A stretch of 64,000 nucleotides of DNA from contig NC_068997.1 of the NCBI RefSeq assembly GCF_001194135.2, positions 12,423,923-12,487,922 of the forward strand. Direction: 5' to 3'. The notes under the pieces were generated by a model. It saw nothing but the letters and a program-made list of their open reading frames with translations, searched no databases and was not told where the DNA came from. The first letter of the stretch is position 1. The number at the start of each line of letters is the position of its first letter. Below are positions 11,651-23,084 of the stretch, one piece after another. A program made the translations under genes and the position numbers. This stretch comes from Octopus bimaculoides. Lineage: Eukaryota.

Positions 11651-12257
11651 GATGGGCTTCTTTGAGTTTCCAGATCCACTCACAAGGCTTTGACTGGCCT
11701 GATACAATAGTAGAAGACACTTGCCCAAAGTGCCATGCTGCATCTTTGGAAAACAAATATTAAATTGCTACTATTGATGATGATGATGATGATGATGATG
11801 GCCATCAAATGCACAAATTAAAAATTTTCGTGTAACTAAACTGAAACGGGAAAAGAAAAAAAGAAAAGATTAATTGCCTAATCAGTATTTACCATTTATC
11901 AAATGTCTAATTAAGTGTAATTACATCAGGTTAATTAATTGCAGCAGTTCAGTCAAGCGCAGTCTAATTTAAAACATCATAAAGTACCATTTAAGATGAA
12001 GGCATAAATTGACTGTAAACACCAATCTGTTATCTCGTCTATCTCTTACTTGGTTCAGTCCTCTGACTGTGGCCATGCTGGGGCACCATTTTGGAAGGTT
12101 TAGTCAGACAAATTGACCCCAGCAGTTACTTTTCTAGTCTGGTACTTATTCTGTTGGTCGCTTTTGCCCAAACTGCTAAGTTATAGGGACATAAACAAAC
12201 TAACACTGATTATTTAGTGGTGGTGGTGGTGGGGAGAAATGCAAACATACCATGCAA

Positions 12258-12322
<65 letters not shown>

Positions 12323-14156
12323 TCATCATCATTTAACGTCTGCTTTCCATTCTGGCATGGGTTGGACATCATCATCATCATCATCATCGTTTAACGTCCG
12401 CTTTCCATTCTGGCATGGGTTAGACAGTATGACTGAAAACTGGTAAGCCAGGGAGCTGCACCATGTTCCGATCTGATTTGGCAAGGTTTCTGTGGCTGGA
12501 TACTCTTCCTAATGCCAACCACTCTGAGACTGTAGTGGATGTTTTTTACGTATGTAAATATACACACACACATACATGTATGTGTGTCTGTCTATCTATC
12601 TATCTGTCTATTTATATATAAAAAGCCACATCAGATGCCATGATGGAACTAAGGTGTAGGTACAGGAGGTGGTCAGATTCTTCATAAGGAATAGACAACT
12701 ACCATATATATAAATGCACACACACACCCACATACAGTTTCCATCTATATATATACATAACATTGTATGTATGTATGTCTATACCTATGCATATTTGTAT
12801 GTATGTATGTATATTTATGCATAAATATACATAACAACAGATGGTTTGAGGTTCACTACAGCTGTTTCAGACATGTTATCTTGTGCCTACAGTGGACCGT
12901 ACACATTGGTAGTGCACAAGTGCGCTATTCCCCACTCTACCTTGGTGCCTTTATTATTCAAATACCTTGATTCTCTCAGATCCTGAAAATTTTATGATAT
13001 AAGTATATATATTGGTGGCACGTAAAAAGCACCATTGGAGCATGGTCGATGCCAGTGCCGCCTGATTGGCTCCTGTGCTCGTGGCACGTAAAAAGCACCA
13101 TTCGAGCGTGGTTGATGCCAGTGCCACCTGACTGGCCCCCATGCTGTTAGCATGTAAAAAGTGCCCACTACACTCTTGGGGTGGTTGGCATTAGGAAGGG
13201 CATCCAGCTGTAGAAACCTTGCCAGATCAGATTGGAGCCTGGTGCAGCCTCCTGGCTTGCCAGTCCTCAGTTAAACTGTCCAACCCATGCCAGCATGGAA
13301 AGTGGGTGTTAAACGATGATGATGATGATGATGACGATGAGAAAAGGAGAGAGAGCGACAGAGGTGTTCTTTCATCAAAGTTTAAGCCCTCTCTTGTTCA
13401 CAATGCTGAAATGTTCCACAGTTTGAATTCTTTCACATTTTGCATCTATTTTCATCTTTCTCTGGCAAACTACTGAAATGAAATAGCGACTGGAAGGTAC
13501 TAAAGGGATGAGCAACAGGTTTTGAGCTCATACAACTTTTTAATATCAGTTCATTTTATCAGGCTTGAAACGTGTAGCCTCAATGGTAGCTATATTTTAC
13601 TGCATCTCTTGAATTATTAAGTTGTGGTGGTCATATAATACGCTATCTATGCAGTTGCTATTTATACTCTTATAACATTTATGAAACTGATAACTGTTGA
13701 AAATGGCCTTTGCTCCTCATCAGGCATCTCGTTTCTGAATGTCAGAGTGCCAAAAATGCCATTGAACTAACAACCCTTATTTCACAACTAAGGGCCATTT
13801 GGTGGCTGTTGGGGTTAGGGGTATTTTTTAGAGTGTTAATCTATTAAAGTGGTTATTTTTTTTTTATATTGTCTGTAAAGGAGGGCTATGTAGTTAACCT
13901 GATCTCAAGCCGAGTTTTGTGTCCAATGAAGGAGACGACGTTGACATGGGTGCCAGTCGTCTAATTTAGTTCGATTTCGATATACATATATATATATATA
14001 TTTAAAAAAATAACATCGACCACTAATGTGGACAATTAATGCGCTAGAAATAGATCACATCTTGTGTCTATTAAGACCTAAAAAGTTCTCAACATGAAAT
14101 ATAGCAGCATACCAAAAACGTGAGCGGGCAAGACATTTAAAATCACCTAAAAAAAT

Positions 14157-14235
14157 CATTATTAAACAGGAACCAGGTTTCGGATTTAACAAATTCTTAC
14201 CATTTGTCTATTCCTCATCAGCCTGATTTGTAATG
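14157..14235 (-). ncRNA. Candidate type I hammerhead ribozyme (Penelope-like minimal type)
   Basis: Minus strand reads CAUUACAAAUCAGG-CUGAUGA-GGA..GACAAAU-GGUAAGA-AUUUGUU..UCC-GAAA-CCUGGUU-CCUGUUUAAUAAUG. All core nucleotides are present and stems I, II and III can form. Confidence 0.7.
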
Positions 14236-15610
14236 TAACAGCAATTATCAGAATTGTATACATAGTTGCCCACCGCCATGGGTGCGCGTGCATATGGTTC
14301 TGCTAATTACAGCTTAATGGTAAAATTCAAAAGTCTTCGTTTTGGCTCGCTAATTTCAGGAATATATCCGCAGAAATATATATGTGCTTCTAAATTAAGT
14401 TAATTTTTTNNNNNNNNNNNNNNNNNNNNNNNNNNNNNNNNNNNNNNNNNNNNNNNNNNNNNNNNNNNNNNNNNNNNNNNNNNNNNNNNNNNNNNNNNNN
14501 NNNNNNNNNNNNNNNNNNNNNNNNNNNNNNNNNNNNNNNNNNNNNNNNNNNNNNNNNNNNNNNNNNNNNNNNNNNNNNNNNNNNNNNNNNNNNNNNNNNN
14601 NNNNNNNNNNNNNNNNNNNNNNNNNNNNNNNNNNNNNNNNNNNNNNNNNNNNNNNNNNNNNNNNNNNNNNNNNNNNNNNNNNNNNNNNNNNNNNNNNNNN
14701 NNNNNNNNNNNNNNNNNNNNNNNNNNNNNNNNNNNNNNNNNNNNNNNNNNNNNNNNNNNNNNNNNNNNNNNNNNNNNNNNNNNNNNNNNNNNNNNNNNNN
14801 NNNNNNNNNNNNNNNNNNNNNNNNNNNNNNNAAGTCAAATTTTAAGGTAAGTCTTGAATTGAATTCACACACTTACACACACACACACAGACACACACAC
14901 ACACCAAATTTACTTGTCTATAATTTGATGCTATTTTAACTGGAAAACTTATGGTGTGACTTACGCAGGGCAAAGCTAAAATTGTAAAGGGAAAATATTT
15001 TGTACCAAGATTTATCACTAAATTAGGGATGCACTTCATACATGAATAAATACAGTGTGTGTGTGTGTGTGTGTGTGAGGTGGGGCTGAAAAGTTCCTGG
15101 CTTTAATGGTATCTATGATAGCCTCAGGGCGACCAAAGCCTTGTGAGTGGATTTGGTAGATGGAAACTGAAAGAAGTCCTTGATACACATCATCATCATC
15201 ATCTTCAAATAACGTCTGTCTTCCGTGCTGGCATGGGTTGGACAGTTTCACAAGAGCTGGCCAGGTGGAAGACTACACCAGGCTACTGTGTCTGTTTTGG
15301 CATGATTTTTACAGTTGGATGCCCTTCCTAACACCAAACAACCTGTGTGTCCTTGTGTCTATGTTTGTCCCTGCATCACTGCTTGACATCTGTTGTTGGT
15401 GTGTTTACATCCTCTTAGTGGTTTGGCAAAAGAGTCCAACAGGATAAGTACTAGGCTTAAAAAAGAAAAATAGGTCCTGGGGTCGATTAGTTCAACTGAA
15501 AAACCTTTGAGGCAGTGCTCCAGCATGGCTGCAGTCATTTTGACTGAAACTAATAAAAGAATGAAAGAATATATATATTCTAATCCTTATTTTGTAACTT
15601 TTGTTTGCAG

Positions 15611-15702
15611 AATATCAGCAGATGCTGCTAAAAGGGCACAAGCTGAGTTGATCCGAAAGCGGTCCCGCGCTCAATCCCCCGTGTGTTCTCCTTCAAATAA
15701 TG
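15611..15702 (+). CDS. JAZF1: JAZF1 coding exon 3
   Basis: (R)ISADAAKRAQAELIRKRSRAQSPVCSPSNN(G), compare human RFMTDAARREQESLKKK. Acceptor TTTGCAG, donor G|GTAAGT, phase 2 to phase 1. Confidence 0.88.
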
Positions 15703-15813
15703 GTAAGTGATTATCAACCAGATATAATACACCCAATAGACAAACTGGTGCTGTAAGCAATCTGTTTACATTCAGATAATGAAATATCATGGTTATATCC
15801 TGTCTACATATAC

Positions 15814-16376
15814 CAGGGGTCAGCAAGCCGTAGTAAATTATCCCAAGTGGGGTAAAACTGAAATTCTTGAGGGTAATGAGGACTTATTAGATATAAGTAA
15901 AATTATACAAAAAAACCTGTTCTTTGTTTCGACAAAAATTTAAATTTTGGCATGAGGAGGCACCTAAAATGGTGCTGCTTTTTACAACAACCTACCTTTG
16001 CAAACAAGGATTTTCCACTCTAATGAACATAAAAACAAAGCAGAGTAATCGATTGGACCCCATAGACTGTATCCAAATTCTTTTGGCATCAGAATGTCCC
16101 AATTTTGATGTAATTGTAACAAAAACGAAACATCATTTCTCCAAAACCTGAAGCTTTTTGAAAAATCCTTTTGTTTGATAATGAGGATCTTAATTTATTT
16201 TATCACATTTGTTTTATGCTTTTTATTTATAATTGTATTCTCTGTATAAATAGATTCAATAAAGCTTTTGAATTCAAAGAATCTATGATTTTCTTCCTTT
16301 CAAATCAAATAGGTAAAGTTGACATAAATAAGTATATTTTGGAGTAATTGGTTAAAAAAACTTCCACAACTCCCTG
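15814..16376 (+). mobile_element. Non-autonomous hAT (Buster/Charlie-type) element with transposase C-terminal relic
   Basis: Ends CAGGGG...CCCTG; 8-bp target duplication ACATATAC/ACATATGC; internal frame LLFTTTYLCKQGFSTLMNIKTKQSNRL resembles the hAT dimerisation domain. Confidence 0.85.
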
Positions 16377-17554
16377 ACATATGCAATATTTTCCAGACAA
16401 AAATTTACAACCAAAACCGGTAGACCATCTTATACAGCAAGACAACTTCGGAGGACCAAAACTTCCATGTGAAACGCAGCAGGGTTTGGGAAAATAGTAA
16501 CAATGTTTGAATGTTTACACTATATAATACATCGACATGTATAATAGAAAAAATTTACATGATGCAAAGTCAGGGGACAAGTTTGAAGTGAAAGTAACAA
16601 GTTTAAACATTTCTCGGAGTGCAACTTGTATCCAACTTATTCCAGGTTGGTTTGATTAGAATAGAATCCAACATTCAGAATTGGAATAACTAGAATGGCA
16701 TATCCCTATTCATGAGAGTAATGGTGTGATTCTGTTTTCGTTTTGCAAGATTCCTGGTGTACAATTGTGTGTTGAAACAGTTAACAACATGATTGTAATA
16801 ATACCTCAGACTAAAAGACTGGAGTTTTAAGAATGCATTCTAATCTTTGTTCTAGAGTGAGAGATAGAATCTCAAACCCATGACTTGAGTTAGATACTTA
16901 GTATATTGTGAGTCAAGAAAGGTTTTATTAAAATTCCACCTTTAATCAAAATGCAAAAAAAAAAAAAATGCAAAACACCACATTGATGTATACTTGTTAA
17001 GGCAGGTAATCAAATATTCCCCACTCAAAACAAGGTAACTAGAATAGCAGCACTTTTTAAAAACTAAGTAAGTACAAACCATGGACAGATAAGATTTTTG
17101 TATTTGTTTTCCAACAGTCAGATTGAAACCTTGAGCAACAGATACAGCCAGAAATTTCCTAATGACTGGTATAAATGGACAATAGTCACAAGAGTGGGAA
17201 TGGTATTAAGACATCAGCTGGCACATATTTAAGAATGTAATTTGAGGTATACTTTCTGAACAGATAAAAAGAAAACAAAAAAAAAGACATGGTCAAACCT
17301 GACGTCTGCTCTGTCAAGAATGACTTGGAGCTTAACAACAACAACAACAGGCTTCACTCACAGCTATATTGAATTCACAGTCAGAATGACATCCAGCTAC
17401 AGAAACAATTTGCTCATGCAATTTGCCAGTATCAAAATTTCAATAACAAACAATAATGTATTCTGTTTTATGAGAAATGGATGTAAAATAAGTGAAACAT
17501 TTCTGTAACTTTAATCAAATTTTCAGAACTCTTGTTCTTTTTATTCTTTCACAG

Positions 17555-17653
17555 AAGTCAACCATTCCAAAACTGCTCTTGTGTTGAACGTTGAACAGTC
17601 TAGCATGCAGTCATCGCCAACTACTACTTATACGCGAAGTAACTCTACGACAG
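17555..17653 (+). CDS. JAZF1: JAZF1 coding exon 4 (S/T-rich linker)
   Basis: 99-nt phase 1/1 exon (E)VNHSKTALVLNVEQSSMQSSPTTTYTRSNSTT(G), compare human SFRSSTPTG. Acceptor TTTCACAG, donor G|GTTGGT. Confidence 0.8.
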
Positions 17654-18169
17654 GTTGGTAACAGGCCATGTTCTGTTTGTTTAATTTGCTACATAAAGTT
17701 TTTATATTCATATTTTTTTTTACTTTGCATGATCTTCAAACGTTGAGCCTCAAGTATGCAGTGGCCAGTGACTGAGACTTTTGCCGATATGCTGTGCTTG
17801 CGAAGACCTGTCAAGCCAAGTGACACTATAGTTGTGGCCAATGCCAGTGTCATGTGACAAACATCCATGCCAGTGGCACGTAAAAAGCACCCTTTGGACA
17901 TTGGGCCTCACGGAGACAATACTAAGTGACCGAGACCTTTGGCAATATGTTGTGCTTGAGAAGACTCATCCAGCCAAATGAAATCATAGTTGTAGTCAAT
18001 GTTGGTGTCACATAGCTGGCACCCATGCTGATGGTGTGTAAGAGGCACCCATTACACTCTCTGGAGTGGTTGGCATTAGGAAGGGCATCCAGCCATAGAA
18101 ACTATGCCAAATCAGATTGGAACCTGGTGCAACTCTCCAGTTTACCAATTTCAGTCAAACCATCTAACC

Positions 18170-18474
18170 CAGCGTTTCTCAACAGGGGATTCCACAAAAG
18201 GTTCCTAGGGGTTCCTCAAGAAAGAGTGAGATAAGCTAATGCTAATTTCATGATTATAATATTACTATACATGCATAACATATTGGTTATTCTAATATAG
18301 ACATCATCCTAACTAACCTATTATATTATAACCATTGGGGATATATTATATATATGTATATATGTATTTGTGATTCATCATGTGAACTACAATGGAAAAA
18401 TATGAGAAAGATATATAATTTTTTTTGCAGGGGTTCCTTGAGATGTAATTTATCTTAAGGGTTGAGAGACATTG
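18170..18474. mobile_element. Charlie-like hAT MITE inserted in a family C SINE
   Basis: Terminal inverted repeats CAGCGTTTCTCAAC / GTTGAGAGACATTG; interrupts the SINE tail between AAACCATCTAACC and CCATGCCAGCATGG. Confidence 0.65.
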
Positions 18475-19232
18475 GGCCAATCCATGCCAGCATGGAAAGC
18501 AGATACTAAATGATGATGATGATGATGATGATGATTCATGAGATACTGGAGCAAGAATCTTCTGCTACCATAGCATCATGGCCTCATGAGGGGAAACGGG
18601 GAGACAGGAACTCTGTGGAATCTTCTTAGTTGGTCTATATTCTAGTGCGTCTAAGAGCAGTAACTCAGCAGAATTCACCGTAATTAGGCTATAGTTCATT
18701 GAACAGTTGGCTCCATTGATTGAACTACTGGAGCACACGTCAAAAACTGATGTTTGATCCATCGTATTATTTTATTTATTTATTTATTTTACATGTTTCA
18801 GTCATTCGACTGTTGCCATGCTGGGGCACCACCTTGAAGTTGTTTGAAGTGAAACAAATTGATCTCAGTCGTGCATATTGTATTGGCCTTTTTTGATGAA
18901 CCAATAGCCTATGAGAACGTAAATAAACCAACACCGGTTGCTTTGTTGGGTGACAAACACACACATATATACAATGGGCTTCCACACAGTTTCCATCTAC
19001 CAAATTCTCTCACAAGGCATTGGTTGGCCCTGAGATATAATAGAAGACTTGCCCAAGGTGCTGTGCAGTGGTGTTGAACCAGAAACCATGTAGTTGCAAA
19101 GCAAAGTTCTGTACCTATCAGCCATGCCTATGCTTGTATTAACCTTCCTTTTATTGAAGTCAATATATTTTATTGAAGTTGTTGCTGTTGTTGTCGTTGT
19201 TATAGCACTGTTTTTGTTATGTTGTTTTTCAG

Positions 19233-19326
19233 GAAGTGAATTTGATGAAGAAGAAGTAAGTGAAAATGAAGACAGTGATGATTCTTGGACCAATCAGGAA
19301 GAGTTCTCGTCTGATCTAATTTTAAG
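19233..19326 (+). CDS. JAZF1: JAZF1 coding exon 5 (acidic region)
   Basis: (G)SEFDEEEVSENEDSDDSWTNQEEFSSDLIL(S), compare human GSEYDEEEVDYEESDSDESWTTESAISSEAILS. AG/GT boundaries. Confidence 0.93.
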
Positions 19327-20398
19327 GTTAGTTAAAATTCTGTTCTCTAACCCGATAGCATTGTAATTATCCTGTCAAATGTCATGTCTATTTAGTCACA
19401 TTGTTTCCAATTAATCACGCTTTATCTCATAGCTTTGAGATTTTTGAGGATGTAATTGTCTATTTTTAGATTGGCATTGTAGGATAAGTGTGGGAGGCTG
19501 GATACGACTTGACAGGGCCAAGAAAACTCAAAATCACGTGATCTAGTGGTCTTGGTGGTGGTGATTTATCTGCCCACTAGTGATGTAAACAAGAATGCAT
19601 TTTGCACCAAAAGCTAATAGGAGAGTATCTCTCGTGGTATTTATTGCAGTATAGTTTGTTCCAACAGAACATCCATGTTTAAGTGAGGATAAATATTACT
19701 TCTCGGTAGTAATACCGCCTCTGTCGCCAATAAATATACTTTAACAAGCACTCTGTAAAGTGGTTGGTGTTAAGAATGGTATCCAGTCATAGAAACCATT
19801 CCAAAGCAGGCGGAGGCTTGTGCAGTCTTTTGACTTGCCAACTCTTATTTCTTTGTTGCTCATAACGGGCTAAACATAGAGGGGACAAATAAGGACAGAC
19901 AAAGGGATTAAGTCGATTACATCAACCCCTGTGCGTAACTGGTACTTAATTTATTGACCCTGAAACGATGAAAGGCAAAGTCGACCGCGGTGGAATTTGA
20001 ACTCAGAACATAATGGCAGATGAAATACCGCTAAGCATTTCGCCTGGCATGCTAACGTTTCTGCCAGCCCACCGCCTTCTTGTCAACTCTTGTCAAACCA
20101 ACCCAAGGGGGATGGACTTTAGCTCTTTAACATTCAGATTAGTTTGTTAAAATATAATGCTTATTTATTCACATTGTTTTGAAATTCATCATAGACTGTC
20201 TTGCAGCTTTTAAGATTTTGATGATGTGTTTGTTTACTGGTCAGTTTCAACAGAAAACAAGTAGAATATCTGGGCCAGATATGGTCAGTTTGAATGCTAA
20301 AGGGTTAAACAAGAACGAGGCAATACAGGTTGTTTAAATCCATACCAGTGTATTTTACTGGTTGATCTTTTTTTTGGTTTTTTTTTTTTCCTTCACAG

Positions 20399-20527
20399 CA
20401 TGAAGAACATGAAAGAAGTGGATGGAGATAAACCATTTAGATGTCCTGTACCAGGTTGTAAAAAACGGTATAAGAATATCAATGGAATCAAGTATCATGC
20501 ACGACATGGTCACCGCAAGGACGCACG
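20399..20527 (+). CDS. JAZF1: JAZF1 coding exon 6 (zinc finger 2)
   Basis: MKNMKEVDGDKPFRCPVPGCKKRYKNINGIKYHARHGHRKDA(R), near-identical to human KPFACPVPGCKKRYKNVNGIKYHAKNGHR. Phase 2/2. Confidence 0.96.
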
Positions 20528-21244
20528 GTATGGAACAAACGAACAAACTAGCTTTTCATTCTTTACAACAGATTTTGCTTGTGGCTTGATTTTTGTTTCC
20601 TTATTTCACTCGCTGTGTATAAAGTTAAAATATAAAAATGTTGCATAATAAAAAAAAAGGTTTGGCCTCATGGAAGCGACAACAAGTGACTGAGATCTTT
20701 GGCGATATGCTATGATTGAAGAAGCCTCATCAGGCCAAGCGAAACCGTAGCCATGGTCATTGCCAGTATCCTGTAAATGGCACCCGTGAAATTGTAATTT
20801 TGGCTGTTGCCGGTGTCATGTAAATGGCACCCATGCTGGTGGCACGTAAAATGCCCCCATTACACTCTAGGAGTGGTTGGTGTTAGGAAGGGCATCCAGC
20901 TGTAGAAACCATGCCAAACCAAACTGGAACCTGGTGCAGCTTTCCGGCTTACCACTTCCAGACTGGATGCTCTTCCTAACTCCAACCCTTCCAAGAGCAT
21001 AATGGGTGTTAGTTATGTGACACTGGCATTGGCCACAACTATGGTTTCACTTGGCTTGACTGGCCTTTTTAAGCATGGTATATCGCCAAAGGTCTTGATC
21101 ACTTATTATTGCATCTGTGAGGCCTAAAGTTCGAAGGGTGCTTTTAATGTGCCACTGGCACAGGTACCAGTTATGTGACACTGGCATGTCTTGTATGTAT
21201 GTCTGCATGTCTGTCTATCTGTATGTGTCTGCATGTCTGTCTGT

Positions 21245-21550
21245 GTGTATGTGGCTTAGTGGTTAGGGTATTTGACTCACGGTTGTAAGATCATGGGTTC
21301 AATTCCTTGAGCAAGAGGCTTTATTTCACATTGCTCCAGACCACTCAGCTGACAAAACCGAGTTGTACCTGTATTTCAAGGGAGCCAGCCTTCTCACATC
21401 CTGTGTCACACTGAATCTCCCTGAGAACTACATTAAGGGTATGCATGTCTGTAGAGTACTCAGCCACTTGCACATTAATTTCGTGGGCAGGCTGTTGTGT
21501 TGATTAAATCAACTGGAACCCTCATTATTGTCATAACTGATGGGGGCCAG
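21245..21550 (+). mobile_element. tRNA-derived SINE, family D (Meta/V-domain-like)
   Basis: GTGGTTAGGG..GGTTCAATTCC head and CCTTGAGCAAG..TTCACATTGCTCCAG core; 3' half shared with 51175-51540(+) and 37814-38150(-). Confidence 0.75.
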
Positions 21551-22573
21551 TTAGTTAAGTTGTGTGTGTGTGTGTGTATTTGCAGCATAATCAAATGGTT
21601 AAGGGGTTTGCTCTGATGCCACAACATGATATTTCGTACAAGTGTCTTTTGTCATGATGTTGGATCGACCCAACCTTTGTGAATGAAAAATAAGTTGATG
21701 GATATTGTGCAGAAGCCTGTTGGATGGATTGTATTTCAAAGATCTGACCTTGTCACCCACTATTCTACTCATTCAGCCTGAGAATTGTGTTAAGGTTACG
21801 TGTGTCTGTGGAATATTCAACCATTTATGTACAAATTCAAAGCACAGCGAGTGCAATGGTTTGATGAACAACTGAATGCTAATTATTGAAACCAACAGAG
21901 ATCAATCTGCATGTGTGTGTGTGTGTGTGTGTACAGTTATGTATGTACATGTGTATATGTATGTATGTTTGAATACAAATTTATATTTATGGATGTATAT
22001 GTATGTATATCTGTGTGTATATGTATGTATATTTTTGTATGAATGTTTATGTATGTATGGATGGACGTATATGCATACGCATTTGTGTATGAATGTGTAT
22101 GTGTGAATCATCATCATCATTTAACATCCGCTTTCCATGCTAGCATGGGTTCGACGATTTGACTGGGGACTGGCGAAGCAGATGGCTACACCAGACTCCA
22201 ATCTGATCTGGCAAAGTTTCTACAGCTGGATGCCTTTCCTAACGCCAACCACTCCGAGAGTGTAGTGAGTGCTTTTTATGTGCCACCGGCACGAGAGCCA
22301 GTCCGGCGTTACTGGCAACGGCCACTCTCAAATGGTGTTTTTTATGTGCCACCTGCACAGGAGTCAGCCAATATTTTGTTCACATGCCATCGGCACAAGT
22401 GGCAGTTAGGCGAAGCTGATATGTCTGTCTCTACCTGTCTATTTATCTATCTTTATCTCTCTACCTATCTTTATCTTTCTACCTATATATGTATATATGT
22501 ATGTACATATGTATATTAGCTGTAGCCAATAAAAATGAAAAGCATGTTGATGCATATTTTTTGGCATTTTCAG

Positions 22574-23084
22574 AGTAAGGAAAGGTTACCGGTGTCATTG
22601 TGGAAAAAGCTACAAAACTCCTCAAGGTTTACGCAGTCACAACATTAACCACCATCCTGCGTTTGACATTCTCTCTTTATCACAACAGAACTGCACACCA
22701 CAACAAGTGCAATCCTTACAACTGCCAACACAACAACAACCACCACAACAACAACCACAACAGCAGCAGCAGCAGCCACCAGTGCGACCAACACATTTGA
22801 CGGTGTCGCCAGCCAAGCCCTCTGCTGCGCAACTGACTTGCACAACTTCGACGGCTGCCGTCAGTACGCCTTCGATTACGCCAACAAATCTCACATCAGT
22901 TAGCCCGTCATTAGCTGCTGCCCTTTCGCAGACAATGCTAACACCATCCCAGCTGATGGCTCAGCTGCCGTCCGGCATTCCCTCAATGTCAGTTCCGTCA
23001 GCTAATTCTGCTCCGTCTGTTGGTCATGTTCAGTTGATTAGCCAACCGGCTGCGCTCGTCACTACTGCAGCATATGAGAAGTGA
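22574..23084 (+). CDS. JAZF1: JAZF1 last coding exon (zinc finger 3 plus Q/P/S/T-rich tail)
   Basis: (R)VRKGYRCHCGKSYKTPQGLRSHNINHH, compare human VRKPFKCRCGKSYKTAQGLRHHTINFH. Open frame continues to TGA at 23082-23084. Confidence 0.92.

Noticed and set aside
14201-14293. Minus-strand putative exon MHAHPWRWATMYTILIIAVTLQIRLMRNRQM followed by GTAAG
   Set aside because: No partner exons or homology; the sequence is better explained by the overlapping hammerhead motif.
22637-22894. Cys-rich and Val-rich antisense ORFs
   Set aside because: Shadow frames of the JAZF1 CAA/CAG-rich exon.
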